From Octopus vulgaris (lineage: Eukaryota), in contig OX597825.1 in assembly GCA_951406725.2 (NCBI GenBank), positions 76,260,001 through 76,324,000 of the forward strand: a DNA stretch of 64,000 nucleotides, read 5' to 3'. The first letter of the stretch is position 1, and each line of letters opens with the position of its first letter. This document shows, one piece after another, positions 26,395 through 39,684 of the stretch. The position numbers and the translations under genes are program-made. Below the pieces are notes generated by a model. It was not told the origin of the DNA. It searched no databases and worked only from the letters and a program-made list of their open reading frames with translations.

Positions 26395-27907
26395 ATACAA
26401 ATATTTGGGAACCAATGAAGGTGATGCTATCCAGCACACTAAAATGAAAGAAAAGATCCACAAGCAATGCTACTGAAGGGTAAGAATGGTCCTAAACTCA
26501 GAATTAAATGCTGCTAACAGAATTAATGCTATCAATTCCTTGGCCACACCAGTAACCTCATACAGTTTCAGCATCATTAAGTGAAGTCTCACTGACATGC
26601 AGAATATGGGTGGAAAGATCTGTAAAATCCTTACAAGGTACTGAATGCACCATCCAAAATCAGATGTAAACAGGATTTATCTCTCAAGAAAAATAGGTGG
26701 AAGGGACCTGATACAGTTCAAACAATCCTTTAAATCTGCAATGATAGGCATTGAAACATACCTTAATACAACAAGAGATGTGCTCTTATGAACTGCACTG
26801 AAGCATGAAGATTCCAAGCAAGCTTCAGTCATGAATCTTAGTAAGAAATTTTAAAAAGTCTCTTGGCCTACAGGTTAACAATAAGAATGACCAAAGACAC
26901 CCAAATACTGACAGACCTACCATTGCTTCTCCTGATTTAGAAATTAATAATTAAAAACACCAATGAGATCCAAATACTGACAAACCTATCACTGATGCAA
27001 AAACCATCAAACAAAAAACAAAGAAGGATTGCATCAATAATATCGAAGGCAACTGGAAAGGCAAACTCCTGCATGGAAAATACCCTAACCGCTTGTCCAA
27101 GCCAGATACTGATCAAAACCTAACACCAACGGCTACAAGGGACAGGTCTGAAAGGGAAACAGAAGGTTTTGTTATTGCAGCACAAGATCAGGGCTTACCT
27201 ATCAGAAATTATCATGCAAACATCCTTAAAGATGGATCTGTATCTCATGCAGAACTTTCAGAAAGTTCGCAGAGACAATTGTTTCTGGTTGCCCAGTCAT
27301 TGCTAAAAAGGAGTATCTCATAAGACATGACAGACTATGGCAGTACGTCCACTGGAATGCTTGTAAATACTACAAAATTAAATCCTATGATAAGTGGTAC
27401 AGGCACCATTCTGAGAATGTAGTAAATGGCATGGGCATCACTATCTTTTGGAACTTCTCAATACAAACAGACAGAGAAATTGACTCCAATCGACCAGACA
27501 TTGTGATCAAGGACTACAACAGAGGAACTTGTCTGTTAATAGATATGTCTGTCCCACAAGATCAAAATATCTCAAGAAAGGAATATGAAAAGCTTTCTCA
27601 CTATAAAGATCTGCAAATTGAAATCACAAAAATGTGGAAGCTGAGTACAATGATAATACCAGTAGTAATTGGTGCATTGGGAATGATAAAGAAGGGAGCT
27701 GAGAAGTATATTAAGCAACTTCCTGGCAACTCCAATTTCCAAAAGATAACTTTGATGGGTACAGCACTCTCCATTTAAAATGGAATAAACGTGGTGATAA
27801 TTTCAGCATGCATAGCAAAACAAAAGTGCCTTTGCTACTCTTGGCCTCTAGAGGATGCCTGGTACTAAGGTAGCTGAAATAAAGTTATAATGGAAAGAAA
27901 CCATAAA

Positions 27908-27954
<47 letters not shown>

Positions 27955-27972
27955 ATAATAATAATAATAATA

Positions 27973-27980
<8 letters not shown>
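26395..27980 (+). mobile_element. Dong/R4-clade LINE, 5'-truncated, copy 3
   Basis: YKYLG, HPKSDVNRIYL, ETEGFVIAAQDQ, NRPDIVIKD...LIDMSVP; (TAC)n(TAA)n tail. Confidence 0.88.
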
Positions 27981-28008
<28 letters not shown>

Positions 28009-28121
28009 ATGGGAAACTTTATTAAAAAATTGCTTTTATTCTTTTTAAGTTAAAAATAATGAGGAATTATTCAATATACTATTTTAAAATTATTCATTAA
28101 GTTGTATATTTTTCAAATTGA

Positions 28122-28353
28122 AGGCGGAGAGCTGGCAGAATCGTTAGCATGCCGGGCGAAATGCTTAGTGGTATTTCGTCTGCTGCAAACGTTCTGAGTT
28201 CAAATTCCGCCGAGGTCGACTTTGCCTTTCATCCTTTTGAGGTTGATTAAATAAGTACCAGTTACGCACTGGGGTCGATATAACCTACTTAATCCGTTTG
28301 TCTGTCCTTGTTTGTCCTCTCTGTGTTTAGCCCCTTGTGGGTAGTAAAGATAG
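28122..28353 (+). mobile_element. Meta-like tRNA SINE in the putative 3' UTR
   Basis: 14-bp TSD gtatatttttcaaa at 28104-28117 and 28354-28367; empty site visible in the paralog at about 26163-26176. Confidence 0.92.
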
Positions 28354-28528
28354 GTATATTTTTCAAACTTTCTTGGAGTTAATTATTACTAACTGAAAAG
28401 TAAGATAGTTTCTGAAATAAAAAAAAAGCACCCAACTGCTAAATATTGAAATTTTATCTTCATATGTTTGATTAGTTGTAAATAATGTTGCTTAGTTTCA
28501 GGATTATCAACAGGCTGAGGAGTTCTTT

Positions 28529-28823
28529 TCATGAAGGTTCTGCATATACCTCACTATCATGGATTCCAGCTGACCTTCCTGTTCTTGAATCGCTGTTTTC
28601 ATATGGACCTTCAGAGATTAACTCTAAATGGGATGGTTCTGGTATGGTGCAATATGTATCTTCATTAACGTCTAGAGAGTTAGGCTGTGAAGATGGTAAT
28701 CTTCGACTGGGTTCACTGATATGAACTGGAGTACTATTTTGCATAGGAATACAGTTATCTTCATCCACATCTTCAAGTGTTGATGCATTACTTCTGCTTC
28801 TTCTATTTCTGAGCATCATACAT
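28529..28823 (-). CDS. Terminal exon of an uncharacterised single-pass membrane protein (cytoplasmic tail)
   Basis: Acceptor tcttttgtctattgcag|A, 97 open codons to TGA; RNRRSR stop-transfer; YCTI, YENS and YAEP motifs; phase matches the upstream exon; AATAAA at 28035-28040. Confidence 0.8.
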
Positions 28824-28880
28824 CTGCAATAGACAAAAGATATATATATAATGTAATATTTGTCAATCAGTTGGTTGCTA

Positions 28881-28943
28881 TAATAAAACTCCAAGTTTCG
28901 GATGTCAGTGCAGAACCCCGCTCAGGCATCTCATCAGTTATTA
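28881..28943 (-). ncRNA. Type I hammerhead-like fold
   Basis: taataa-CTGATGA-gatg...catcc-GAAA-cttggag-TT-ttatta. Confidence 0.6.
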
Positions 28944-28968
28944 AGACAAACAAAAATGCTGTTTGTCT

Positions 28969-29031
28969 TAATAACTGACGAGATGCCTGAGTAGAGTTCT
29001 GCCCCAACATCTGAAACTCTGAGTTTTATTA
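28969..29031 (+). ncRNA. Type I hammerhead-like fold
   Basis: taataa-CTGACGA-gatg...catct-GAAA-ctctgag-TT-ttatta. Confidence 0.55.
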
Positions 29032-29133
29032 TGGCAACCGACTAATTGTCACATATTACATTTTAGATAAATTCTTCTATTTACACAATATCGAGGTCTC
29101 ATTCATTCTTTTGTTGTCATATTATTATTATTA

Positions 29134-29167
<34 letters not shown>

Positions 29168-29230
29168 TTGTGTGTATGTATATATATATATATATGTACG
29201 TATGTATATGTATGTGTGTGTGTGTAAATA

Positions 29231-29283
<53 letters not shown>

Positions 29284-29511
29284 ATGTATATAATTAATAA
29301 TATCAGGGTGAGAAAATATTTTAGAAATTTTCACTACCAGTGGCCTAGCGTATTTAAATGTACACTCTATATGAATAATATATAGTCTATTGACTAATTT
29401 TTCTACATGATAGACCACTGGTAGTAAAAATTTCTAAAATTTTTCTATAATGAATAGCACCACAGTATGTCCTTGTTCTGTTGTTTACCTTTTACTGACC
29501 AGAACAAAGTA

Positions 29512-31189
29512 TTGAGTCATACCATAAATTATGTGGGTTTTTTTAAATTGCATGAACTAAAAGTCAGAGGGGGCAGGGTAAACTACCTGCATCAACATGC
29601 TATAAAAGCAGGGAGTAATTTTACCGTATACTTATTCTTAGTACAAATTTTGAAGAGTGCAGTTCGATTTTAACAGTTATTTCTTCAAAGCTAAAATGGA
29701 AGTGACAAAGGAGCATATTTGGCATATTTTGTTTTATGAGTTACGTAAAGGCAACAATGCAGTGAAAATGTGAAGAATATTAATGCAACATATGGTGATT
29801 GGACAATATGCATAAGCCAATGTCAGCAGTAGTTCCAGAAATTCTGAGCTTGGAACAACAACCTAGAAGATGAGCCACATCATCATCATCATCATCATCA
29901 TCGTTTAGCGTCCGCTTTCCATGCTAGCATGGGTTGAACGGTTCAACTGGGGTCTGGGAAGCCAGAAGGCTGCACCAGGCCCAGTCCAATCTGGCAATGT
30001 TTCTACGGCTGGATGCCCTTCCTTACACCAACCACTCCGTGAATGTAGTGGGTGCTTTTTACGTGCCAGGCGAGTCTGGCAATCGGCCACGATCGGATGG
30101 TGCTTTTTACATGCCACCGGCACGGGGGCTAAGCAAGGCTGGCAACGGCCACGAACGGATGGTGCCTTTTACGTGCCACTGGCACGGGGGCTAGGCGAGG
30201 CTGGCAATGGCCACAAACCGATGGTGCTTTTAACATGCCACCAGCACGAGGCCAGTCGGGGTGGTGCTGGCAACGGCCACGTTCAGATGGTTCTCTTACG
30301 TGCCACCGGCACCAGTATCACAGCTGCAATTTCCATTGATGTTGATCAATTTCGATTTTCCACATCTTGGAAAATCTGTAGAGCTTCACGAGAACATCCT
30401 ACAAACCCTGGTGGAACAAAATCCCATTGTAACTGTTGAGAAACTAGCAGAGAAGCTTGAATTTGGTCATTCAGCTATTCATCAACAGCTGCATGCCATT
30501 GAAACAGTCAGCAAATTGGGTCAAGGAGTTCCTCATAAACATTCCAAGTCTAATCACATGCAGAGAGTGAATGTGTACTCTTCTTTACTGTCACATATCA
30601 CAAATGGACCTTTTTTTTGGATCGAATAGTGACTGGTGATGAGAAATGAGTTCTCTATAAAAATGTCAAAAGCTGAAGAATGTGGGTAGGGAAAGGAGAA
30701 ACAGTGGGACCCCAGGCTAAGGAAAATCTTCACACATGTAAGGTGTTGTTATCTGTTTGGTGGGATATGAAAGGTTTAGTCTACTTTGAACTTTTAAACC
30801 CAAACCAAATGATAATAAAGGAGATCTACTGTGATCGGCTAAGAATGACATTCCAAAGGCTGAAGCAGTGTGAATAGGAAATGATACCCCACCCTTCATA
30901 TTTGCCAGACATTGCCCTATCTGATTAACAGTTATTCTGCAGTTTTTAAAATCATTTGGATGGAAAAAATATGAATTTTGTAGACAAGGTCAAAACAGTA
31001 CCGGAGGAGTACTTTTCATCACGGACAAGTGAATTTTGGGAGATGGGCCTTGCAAGTGTACTAGATAGATGGAAGAGAATTGTAGAATATGAATGAGACT
31101 ATATTTTAAGTAAAAAAGAACTTTGTTTATCTCAATTTTGAAAGATAAAAGAAGTGTATAAGAATTGTGTTATCTATGGGGTGACCCAA
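29512..31189 (+). mobile_element. Mariner element, decayed, interrupted by an RTE 3' end
   Basis: TIR-like ends with TA flanks; IVTGDEK*VLY and KVLLSVWWD motifs; same family as 43082-44335. Confidence 0.88.
29879..30359 (-). mobile_element. RTE 3' UTR fragment nested in the mariner
   Basis: (CAT)n tail; ccacatc repeated on both flanks. Confidence 0.85.
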
Positions 31190-31649
31190 TAATTTTTTTC
31201 CAGTTCTGACTTTCCATATCTAAAGAGAGAATTTTCTGTGAACAATATAAATATGAGGTTCTGGTGATCTGATAAGCTAGCTTTGTTTAGATGCATTATT
31301 TTGTGAATATATGATTGTATTGTGTAATATGGAGTGTACATATTAATACTACATGAAGAAGGTAGCAAAACATCTAGAATTCTTTGGTCATCAGGCAGTT
31401 AAATTAATTGATATTCACCTCTCACACCATCTGACTTTTGTGGTTCATATTCTCCTCACAGAATAATTTATCACTTGGATTTTCTGGGTTTCCAGTTACA
31501 CAGAAACTTTATGTCATAAGTTTTGTAATTGATTTCAACATGGACTGATAGCCAAGACTGTAGGAGGAGCTTACTGTGATATCTACAAGCTTCTCTGAAT
31601 CCATATTTTCTACTACTCTTTTTGATTTTTAAATATATATATATTCAGG

Positions 31650-32620
31650 TGCTGAATAAAATCACTCCTTCCCATGTTCCTGCCCATGTCCGTTTCCTAG
31701 TTTTCTGATTTGGCACTATCAATGTAGGCACACTGAGAGGTAGGTCTAGCAAGATTGTTGAGATGCTTGAACAGAGGCATGTGGATGAATGTTGCATCGA
31801 AGAGATAAGGTGAAGAGGAGCTTCAGCCAGGTTCCTCACAGGCAAGATATATAGGTATAAAATCTTTTGGGAAGGTAACAGTGACGGAGTAGGTGGCGTG
31901 TCATACTTCTTGCAGAGAAATGGATGGATAAGGTTATGGAAGTAATCAGAGTGGGTGATAGAGTGCTTAAGCTTAGGCTAGTCTTACAGTATAGTATAAT
32001 GACAATTATCTCTGCCTATGCCCATCAAGCGGGCCTACCAAATGAACAGAAAAACACTTTTATGACATTCTTCTACAGGCTACCTTAGATACAAATTACA
32101 ATGATCTCCTCTTTATGGCCGGGAATTTCCGCAGGCATGCTCGACAACAGCTTGGTATCTTCTATGGTGTGCATGGGGGCTATGGATTTGGCTCCCAAAG
32201 CAAAGAGGGAACAAGGCTACTGGAGTTCTGTGATGCAAATAACCTTTTGATTTGCAACACAAACATCAGGAAGCCAGCCTGCCTCCTAATAACCTATCAA
32301 TCAGGTGTCTGTGCTAACCAGATCGATTACATTCTCACCAAACAGTGGGATGCATGGTTGCTCCTAAATACAAAGACCCTTCCTGGAGAAGAATGTACTC
32401 CCCAGCATAGACTAGTCATCAGTGACTTTAGACTCCAGGTCAGAAGAAAGCCAAGAAGTAAACCAATCTGGAAAAGAGGAATTTGGAAGTTTAAGGGCCC
32501 TTCATATGGTCAGAAATTTAGGGACGTCTTAATTGAGAAGTTTGATGAAAGGGAGGAGGAGATACAGACTTGAGGACAACTGGGAATTCCTGAGGGACAG
32601 CTTGCTGAATGCCACAGACC
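31650..32620 (+). mobile_element. RTE LINE 5' part (APE endonuclease), decayed
   Basis: FGTINVGTL, GGYGFG...EGTRLLEFC, QIDYIL, QHRLVISD. Confidence 0.85.
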
Positions 32621-32649
32621 AAACCCTAACCCTAAGTCCCATCCAGACC

Positions 32650-33115
32650 TAGGGTAATGAGGTAATCGAATGATGTGATAGACAGGGCCATGCTGATGGC
32701 ACGTAAAGAACACTTTTAAAGATTGGGCCTCACAGGGGTAAAGTGACTGAGTTCATTTTGAGCATTGAGCCTCACGGAGGCAAAGTGGCTGAGTTCCTTT
32801 TGAGTGTTGGGTTTCATGGAGGCAATGATCAAGATCTTTGGCATTATGTTGTACTTGAGAAGAAGAACCATCAAGCCAAGCAAAATTGCAGTTGTGGCAG
32901 ATACTGGTGTCTCATAAATTGGCACACATGCCAGTGACACATAAAAGCACCCATTACACTCTTGGAGTGGTTGGCATTAGGAAGGGCATCCAACCATAAA
33001 AATCATGCCAAATCAGACTGGAATTAGTTGCAGTCTTCCAGTATACCAGCCTTGTCAAACCGTCCAACACATCCCAGCATGGACAATGGACATTAAATGA
33101 TGATGTTCATGGTGA
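32650..33115 (+). mobile_element. RTE-related 3' UTR fragment
   Basis: ggagtggttggcattaggaagggcatcca and cagcatgga...gacattaaatgatgatg end. Confidence 0.7.
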
Positions 33116-33599
33116 TGACATATACATATATATTACAATGAAAAATGCGAGTGTATGCATGTTAGAATTCTTTAGTTATTATGCCTGGGAAAATACAGAA
33201 CAAGATTTCTACAGTAGAATTTGCCTAATTTGTCACCTCTAAAGGTACTTAAAATTTAAATTCTACTGTACTTAAAGTATTACAGCTAAGAACAACATTT
33301 TGGAAATTTACTATATTTTATTAAAACAAAAATTATAAAAACATTGCTGGATTTTTTGTCAGTTTTTTGTCTGTGGGCTTATATTCAGAAACTCTTTTCG
33401 TGTATAGCCCCAGTTATTTTTATTATTTTCAGAAAAAAATGTTATTTAAGCAAATTTATTTAAGTCTGTATTTTAGCTTATGGACTTAATTTTGGAAAAA
33501 GCAGTTTTTTAAAAGGAAATAAAATAAAATGAATTTTAAAAACATACAGCAGAATTCGTTTAATTAGTTATTCCTAGGAGAAAATTGAAAGTGATGAAT

Positions 33600-33994
33600 A
33601 AAATAAAATTTGGATAATGAGCTATTTTATCCCTACTTATAAGCTGAATAAAACAATCTAATACATTCATACACTATTTAACCACCCACAAAGTATCATC
33701 AATGGATTGATTAGGGGGATTTCAATTAGGTTATCTAACTTGTTGGCAAACCAAATAGTTTTTAACAATGTGGTGCCTATTTTTAACACAGCTTTGAGGA
33801 ATAGCAGTTTTAAAGAAGATATATACTATTTTAAAGGTATCCTATTCATATACAGATTAAGTAAACTTTTTCCAAATCTAGTGGAATCCGGTATTGATAT
33901 CTTGCATGTAAATAACCCTCCTGAACAACATGACTCCTATCATTTTAGATTTCCTAGGTATCCTAACATGTATAGTAGTAGTAGTAGCAGTAGC

Positions 33995-34046
<52 letters not shown>

Positions 34047-34770
34047 ATAATAATAATAATAATAAACAGTGGCAAACTGGAAGTAAAACAGTGAGAATAC
34101 GGGAAGTTATACGGTCTAACTCCGCTTTCTCCCTTCAGGTTAAAAATCTCCCAAAATGTTTTTTAGTATTGTCGATAAGAATTTTCCTGTGGGCCACAAA
34201 TACTGCTCTATTTTTAATAGATCCTGTCTAAAACTCTTATACTCAACTACACCGAATTTATGACTGATATTCGCAGGGAATAATAGATTTAAGCTTGGGA
34301 ATAATGGGAATATGGGTAGCCCCAATACGAGTAGTGTTAATAATAACATATATAAAGTATGCACAGGGATGAATAACTGGAATAAAGCCTGCAATTTCCA
34401 GAACTACAATTTATGTCCCTTAGGAAACACGTGGTATACAAGACTGAGGTTGTAATAGCCAACCAACCTAAGAAAGTATACATAGGGACTACTACAGACT
34501 TTAAAACGAGATATAGAAGACACATTCTCAAACCCAGAAACCAAAAATGCAACAGCACTGGCTATGTATATTAATAAACTAAACATGTGGAATAAGGAAT
34601 TTAGATTAGACTGGTCAATCATGTCAGAAACCACCCCATATAGAAGGTATACTGGAAGTGAGCAATCCGTATATTTCATACAGGCAAGAAAATTTTAATT
34701 AATAAAATCTCAGGCATTATAATGTATGTAGGCATAAGTATTTATCTACATTTAAGTTTTTTAAATAGTA
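33600..34770 (+). mobile_element. Penelope-like element remnant (RT C-terminus to GIY-YIG)
   Basis: NHP...LIRGISIRLSNL...FNTALRNSSF, HKY..IFNR..KLLYS and CPLG segments. Confidence 0.7.
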
Positions 34771-35603
34771 GAAAGGATAGAATCTGAACTTATGAACATT
34801 GACTTGCCTTAATAGAATAATAAAAAAAATTTTCCGCTCTCGTTCGATATGACTAACTTAAAGTGTAAGCATAAAATTCTGTATACTTTGGCATCTTAGT
34901 GCTTCACAGGCTTAGCTTAGTATTTGAACTTATTAACCTTATATATATAAGTTATAAGTCAGCAATCATTGTAAATTATAAATATCATGTGAACTTTAAA
35001 CTGTTCCCACCAACATTCTATAGATTCAACTTATTTTAAATTATTTTTAATTATTTAACTATCTTTAATTATAAACAACCCAACTGTTCATTTAAATGGT
35101 TAACTTGATTTAAGTCTTCCTTTCTATTATCCAATATAGCATCCGTCATTTGATTTTTACAAATATAATATATATTTATTTTTATTTTCATTCACACAAA
35201 TGTCTTATTTCACAACCTTTTTTCACTCCGCAATGCTTTTTTCTATATCCTTGCAAACTTTTAAAAAACTATAATATTTTAAAAAGGACAATAACATCAT
35301 CTGATATGATTTCAAGTACTGTAAGTAGGAGATATTTTAAACTTTCTCAAATTCAAAAACTATTTTAATCAATTTTTTGTACGTCTGATGAGGGAAATGT
35401 GACTATTTGTTTTAGCTGGAAAATTCTCCAAAACGATTGTAAGCTTTTGTACTAATGCTTTTCTTTGGATTGTAATATTGGAGCGCTTGAAATCTGATAC
35501 CTTGATGAACTTTTTATGCATTTTGTATTCCCATGATAAAGGAATTTGACCTACAAATATCTGTTCTCCACTTTGATTTATGTTATATATATGTGTGTGT
35601 ATA

Positions 35604-36486
35604 CAGGGGGCGATGGGTAAATTGTCACCATTTCCTGTTTTTAATTTCATGCATGCGCATTGTTTGTTTTTGATTTTGTTGATTACACAATACAGTAGGG
35701 TCAGTTGGGTACTGTCTGTGAGAAAAATAGCACCATGGCACAATTCACTCTGCCAGAAATTTGGAAACAACATGCTTTACTGCTTGACCTTTACACAAGA
35801 AGTGATGCAAATATTTTACACTGATACAAACATTTCAGAGTGTTTGGGTGTCAATCTGAGGACAGTGCAATCTGAATCCATGTACTGAGAGTGATAAAAA
35901 TCAGACATTTACACAACACAATTGTGTTTGGAGTAACCACTTGTGATGACAACATTATGCCTCTATTCATCTTCCCACATGACCTCACACTCAACATGAA
36001 GGGCTACATCAAGTGTCTGACGGAGGTAATGCTGCCCTGGGTCAAGAGGGTGGTGTGGGAAGATCCTATGTCTGGCAACAGGACTCTGCACCATGCCACA
36101 CGTGCAGGAGAACCCAGTCATGGCTGTTAGATAATTTCTGCAATCACATCACCCCTAACATCTGGCTATCTAACTCCCCAGACTGCAACCCTCTTTATTA
36201 TGTGTTGAACGAGAAACTCTGTGTCACACTAAATATGAACAAAATGTTCGGATTATGGCAGCATTCACCAACTTAAACAAGGAGACCATCCAGAAGATAT
36301 GTAGGAGATTCTGAAGTCCTCTGGAGGCCAAGGTTGAAGCCAATGACGATTTTATTGAATGAAGTTACTCCTTAGTACTTCAAGATATTTTTTATCTAAT
36401 TTTAGTAAATACATCAGTTAAAATGAGATATTAGTGTTATTTTCATTTTTGTGTAATTTAGATGACAGTTTATTCACCACACACTG
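35604..36486 (+). mobile_element. maT/DD37D-like Tc1-mariner element, internally deleted
   Basis: TA flanks and imperfect TIRs; WQQDSAPCH...SPDCNPL with 37-residue spacing, third Asp mutated. Confidence 0.75.
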
Positions 36487-36537
<51 letters not shown>

Positions 36538-36744
36538 ATATTTCTATTTATCTATAAGTATACACACACACACTTTACTCTTTTACAGGCTTCTTTCAGT
36601 TTCTGTCTACCAAATCCACTCACAAGACTTTGGTTGGTCTGGGGCTGTAGTAAAAGACACCTGTCCAAGGTGCCATGCAGTGGACTAAACCCTGAACCAT
36701 GTGGTTGAGAAGCAAGCTTTTCAAACACAGCCAAGCCTGTGCAT

Positions 36745-37108
36745 ATATGAACGGCAGTTTGTCTGTGCGTGTTTCTGTGTGTCTGTTTGTTGTACCCTCA
36801 CCCTGACCACGGCTTTCAACCGATTCTGATGAAACTTGACACACACATAGCCCAATGTCATAATTCAAAACTCGAAAATTTTGAAAAGTTCCCCAGTTCT
36901 GAAAAATCGATAAATTCGACATGGGGTCGAGAATCAGAAACACGAACCACAAACTGTCATGGGGACGCAACTCCACCTTTTTTAAATCTCAAAAAAAATT
37001 TACCATCATTTTTTCCCTATTTTTTTGCTATTTTTTGGCTATAACTCTCTAAAAATGCTTTATAGTTATTTCCCTTACAAACCTGAGCAACGCCGGGCGA
37101 TACTGCTA

Positions 37109-37109
<1 letters not shown>
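36745..37109 (+). mobile_element. Non-autonomous Helitron
   Basis: Subterminal hairpin cctgagcaacgccggg followed by CTAG|T. Confidence 0.7.
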
Positions 37110-37143
<34 letters not shown>

Positions 37144-37251
37144 CCCACACATATATAAATACATGCACAAAAACACAAATACACACACACATACATGCAA
37201 ACAAAAGAAAAGAATAAAATGAAAGTAAAGATTAATAATATATGATTTTAC

Positions 37252-37294
37252 CTGATACTGAAAATGATGTTGGTCAAAAATAAGATGCCAATAA
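37252..37294 (-). CDS. Internal 43-nt exon encoding the C-terminal half of the transmembrane helix
   Basis: ttgttttcttctgcag| ... CAG|gtaaaa; reads (V)IGILFLTNIIFSI(R); phases 1 and 2 match both neighbouring exons. Confidence 0.8.
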
Positions 37295-38042
37295 CTGCAG
37301 AAGAAAACAATAAGATATTCAGTTGAACAATATTTTATGTATACTTAAGTGGAAGTTAATATACTTAATGTGAAAATGAAAAATGAATTTATCATATTTC
37401 TACATTACCAATGTAATTAAAAGAAAAGGTATTAGTTTTAGTGATAATTGCTGTCAAAATCAAGAGAGGCAATTCCACAAAGTTTATAAAAAATTTAAAT
37501 GGAGGCATGCTGTAGAAAGTAGTCTGATTATTAGTATATTTTGGTGGTATATATTAAACCACCTCAGTAAAATATAGTGATATTTATTCTTACCAGACCA
37601 CACACACTCTCTCTACTGCATAGTCACATTAATTGTCAGTCCTCAATTTGACAAGCATGCATCATCATCATCATCCTCATCATTTAATCTCCACTTTCAA
37701 TGCTGGCATGGGTTGGACGATTTGGCTGAGGATGAGCGAAACAGATGGTTGCACCAGGCTCCGAATCTTTAATAATTTTTTATCTTTTCTCCTTCACATG
37801 TTTCAGTCATTTGACTGCGACCATGCTGGGGCACTGCCTTGAATAATTTTAATTTTAGTTGAATGAATCAACCCCAGTACTTTTTTAAAGCCTGGTACTT
37901 ATTCTATCAGTCTCTTTTGTCGAACTGCTTAGTTACAGGGACATAAACATAGCATCATTGGTTGTCAAGTGATGATGGAGCAACAAATACAGACATGCAA
38001 ACATATACACTTGCACACACACACACACACTCAAACACACGT

Positions 38043-38089
<47 letters not shown>

Positions 38090-38129
38090 AGCCCCGCCTG
38101 TCTGGCTCCCATATATATATATATATATA

Positions 38130-38495
38130 TACGCCAGCCCCGCCTGTCTGGCTCCCTGTGTCAGTGACATGTAAAAAGCACAATCCAAACATGGTCGATG
38201 CCAACCCCCTCACCTTGGCTGGCTCTTGTGCTGACTTGACTGACTCTCATGCCAGTGGCAAGTAAAAGCACCATCCAAACGTGGTCGATGCCAGCCCCCT
38301 CTGGCCCCAGTGCCAGTAGCATGTAAAAAGCACCCACTACACTCTCAGAGTGCTTGGCGTTAGGAAGAGCATCAAGCTGTAGAAATGCTGCCAGATCATG
38401 TTGGAGTCTGGTGCAGCCCCTTGGCTTTCCAGACCCCAGTGGAACCGTGCAACCCATGCCAGCATGGAAAACAGACATTAAATGATGATGATGAT
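38130..38495 (+). mobile_element. RTE 3' UTR fragment inserted in a CORE-like SINE
   Basis: Family match; SINE halves at 37795-38030 and 38500-38655. Confidence 0.75.
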
Positions 38496-38653
38496 ATATA
38501 CGATGGGCTTCTTTCAGTTTCTATCTACCAAATCATCTCACAAAGCTTTGGTTGGCCCGAGGCTATAGTAGAAGATATTTGCCCAAGGTTCCATGCAGTA
38601 AGACTGAACCCAGAACTATGTGGTTGGTAAGCAAGCTACTTACCACACAGCCA

Positions 38654-38716
<63 letters not shown>

Positions 38717-38807
38717 ATTCAAATATTAATTATACTAAAAGGGTAAAATCAATAATTTGACTAGCTAGTCAGTGCAGAAATAAAAGCCTCATTGGTAAAT
38801 TTTACAA

Positions 38808-39116
38808 ACTATTTTATAATTACATACATAATTATAACAAGGGACTGGCTTTATGCTTCACCATGCACTGCAAGAAATAGACACTAAAGCCCCTATCACC
38901 ACCTTAAAATCTCCAAGAATAACACACTACATTGTAGGCAAGCAAAAGGAAAATAATGAATCAATGAAGTTAGTTAACCTTTGCTTGCCTACAATATAGT
39001 GTGTTATTCTTGGAGATTTTAAAGTGGTAATAGAGGCTTGGTATCTATTTCTTGCAGTACGTAGTGAGGCATAAAGCCAATCCTTTGTTATAATTATGTA
39101 TATAATTATAAAATAT
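38808..39116. repeat. Inverted repeat with ~140-bp arms
   Basis: 38808-38949 is the reverse complement of 38978-39116 with scattered mismatches. Confidence 0.85.
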
Positions 39117-39684
39117 TTTGTGTGTATATATATATACACACACACACATATTTAAATGCAACAGGGCTCTTTCTATTTCTGTCAACCAAATCCACTCACA
39201 AGACTTTGGTCAGCCTAAAGCTATAGTAGAGAACACTTGCCCAAGGTACCATGTAGTAGGACTGAACTCAGAACCATGTGATTGGGAAGCAAGCATCTTA
39301 CCACACACCCATGCCTGCACCTAATGATTTTTCATACTCAGGAGTTTACTTTTCATCATGAGTGTCATTTTAACTCTTAACTTCTTGTATTATGATCCAG
39401 TACCATAGGGAAATGTTCAAACATTGTTTCATTTGGAGGGCAATAGGGAACTTTCATAAGGGGTAAAATCCCTAATCTCTTCTTCTCTCATCCAGCTTAG
39501 TTTTGCTACAGAATCATTACAAGACTAGGCTTTTGGCTTGGAAAATTTTCAATATGATTTAAGAGTTAATTAAATAGTTTGGAGTAGAGAAGTTAGTATG
39601 TTAGATTTGTAAACCTCACTTAACTCTGTCTTTCATTCAGATATTTTAACTGCAGTTTTAAATTGCCATATACAAGCATAATAA

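Larger units (their letters stand above)
28850..29062. repeat. Palindrome with ~100-bp arms, PLE-like
   Basis: 28850-28952 is the reverse complement of 28960-29062, 7-nt loop. Confidence 0.9.

Noticed and set aside
28122-28215. tRNA gene
   Set aside because: tRNA-like head of a SINE with TSD; not a standalone cloverleaf
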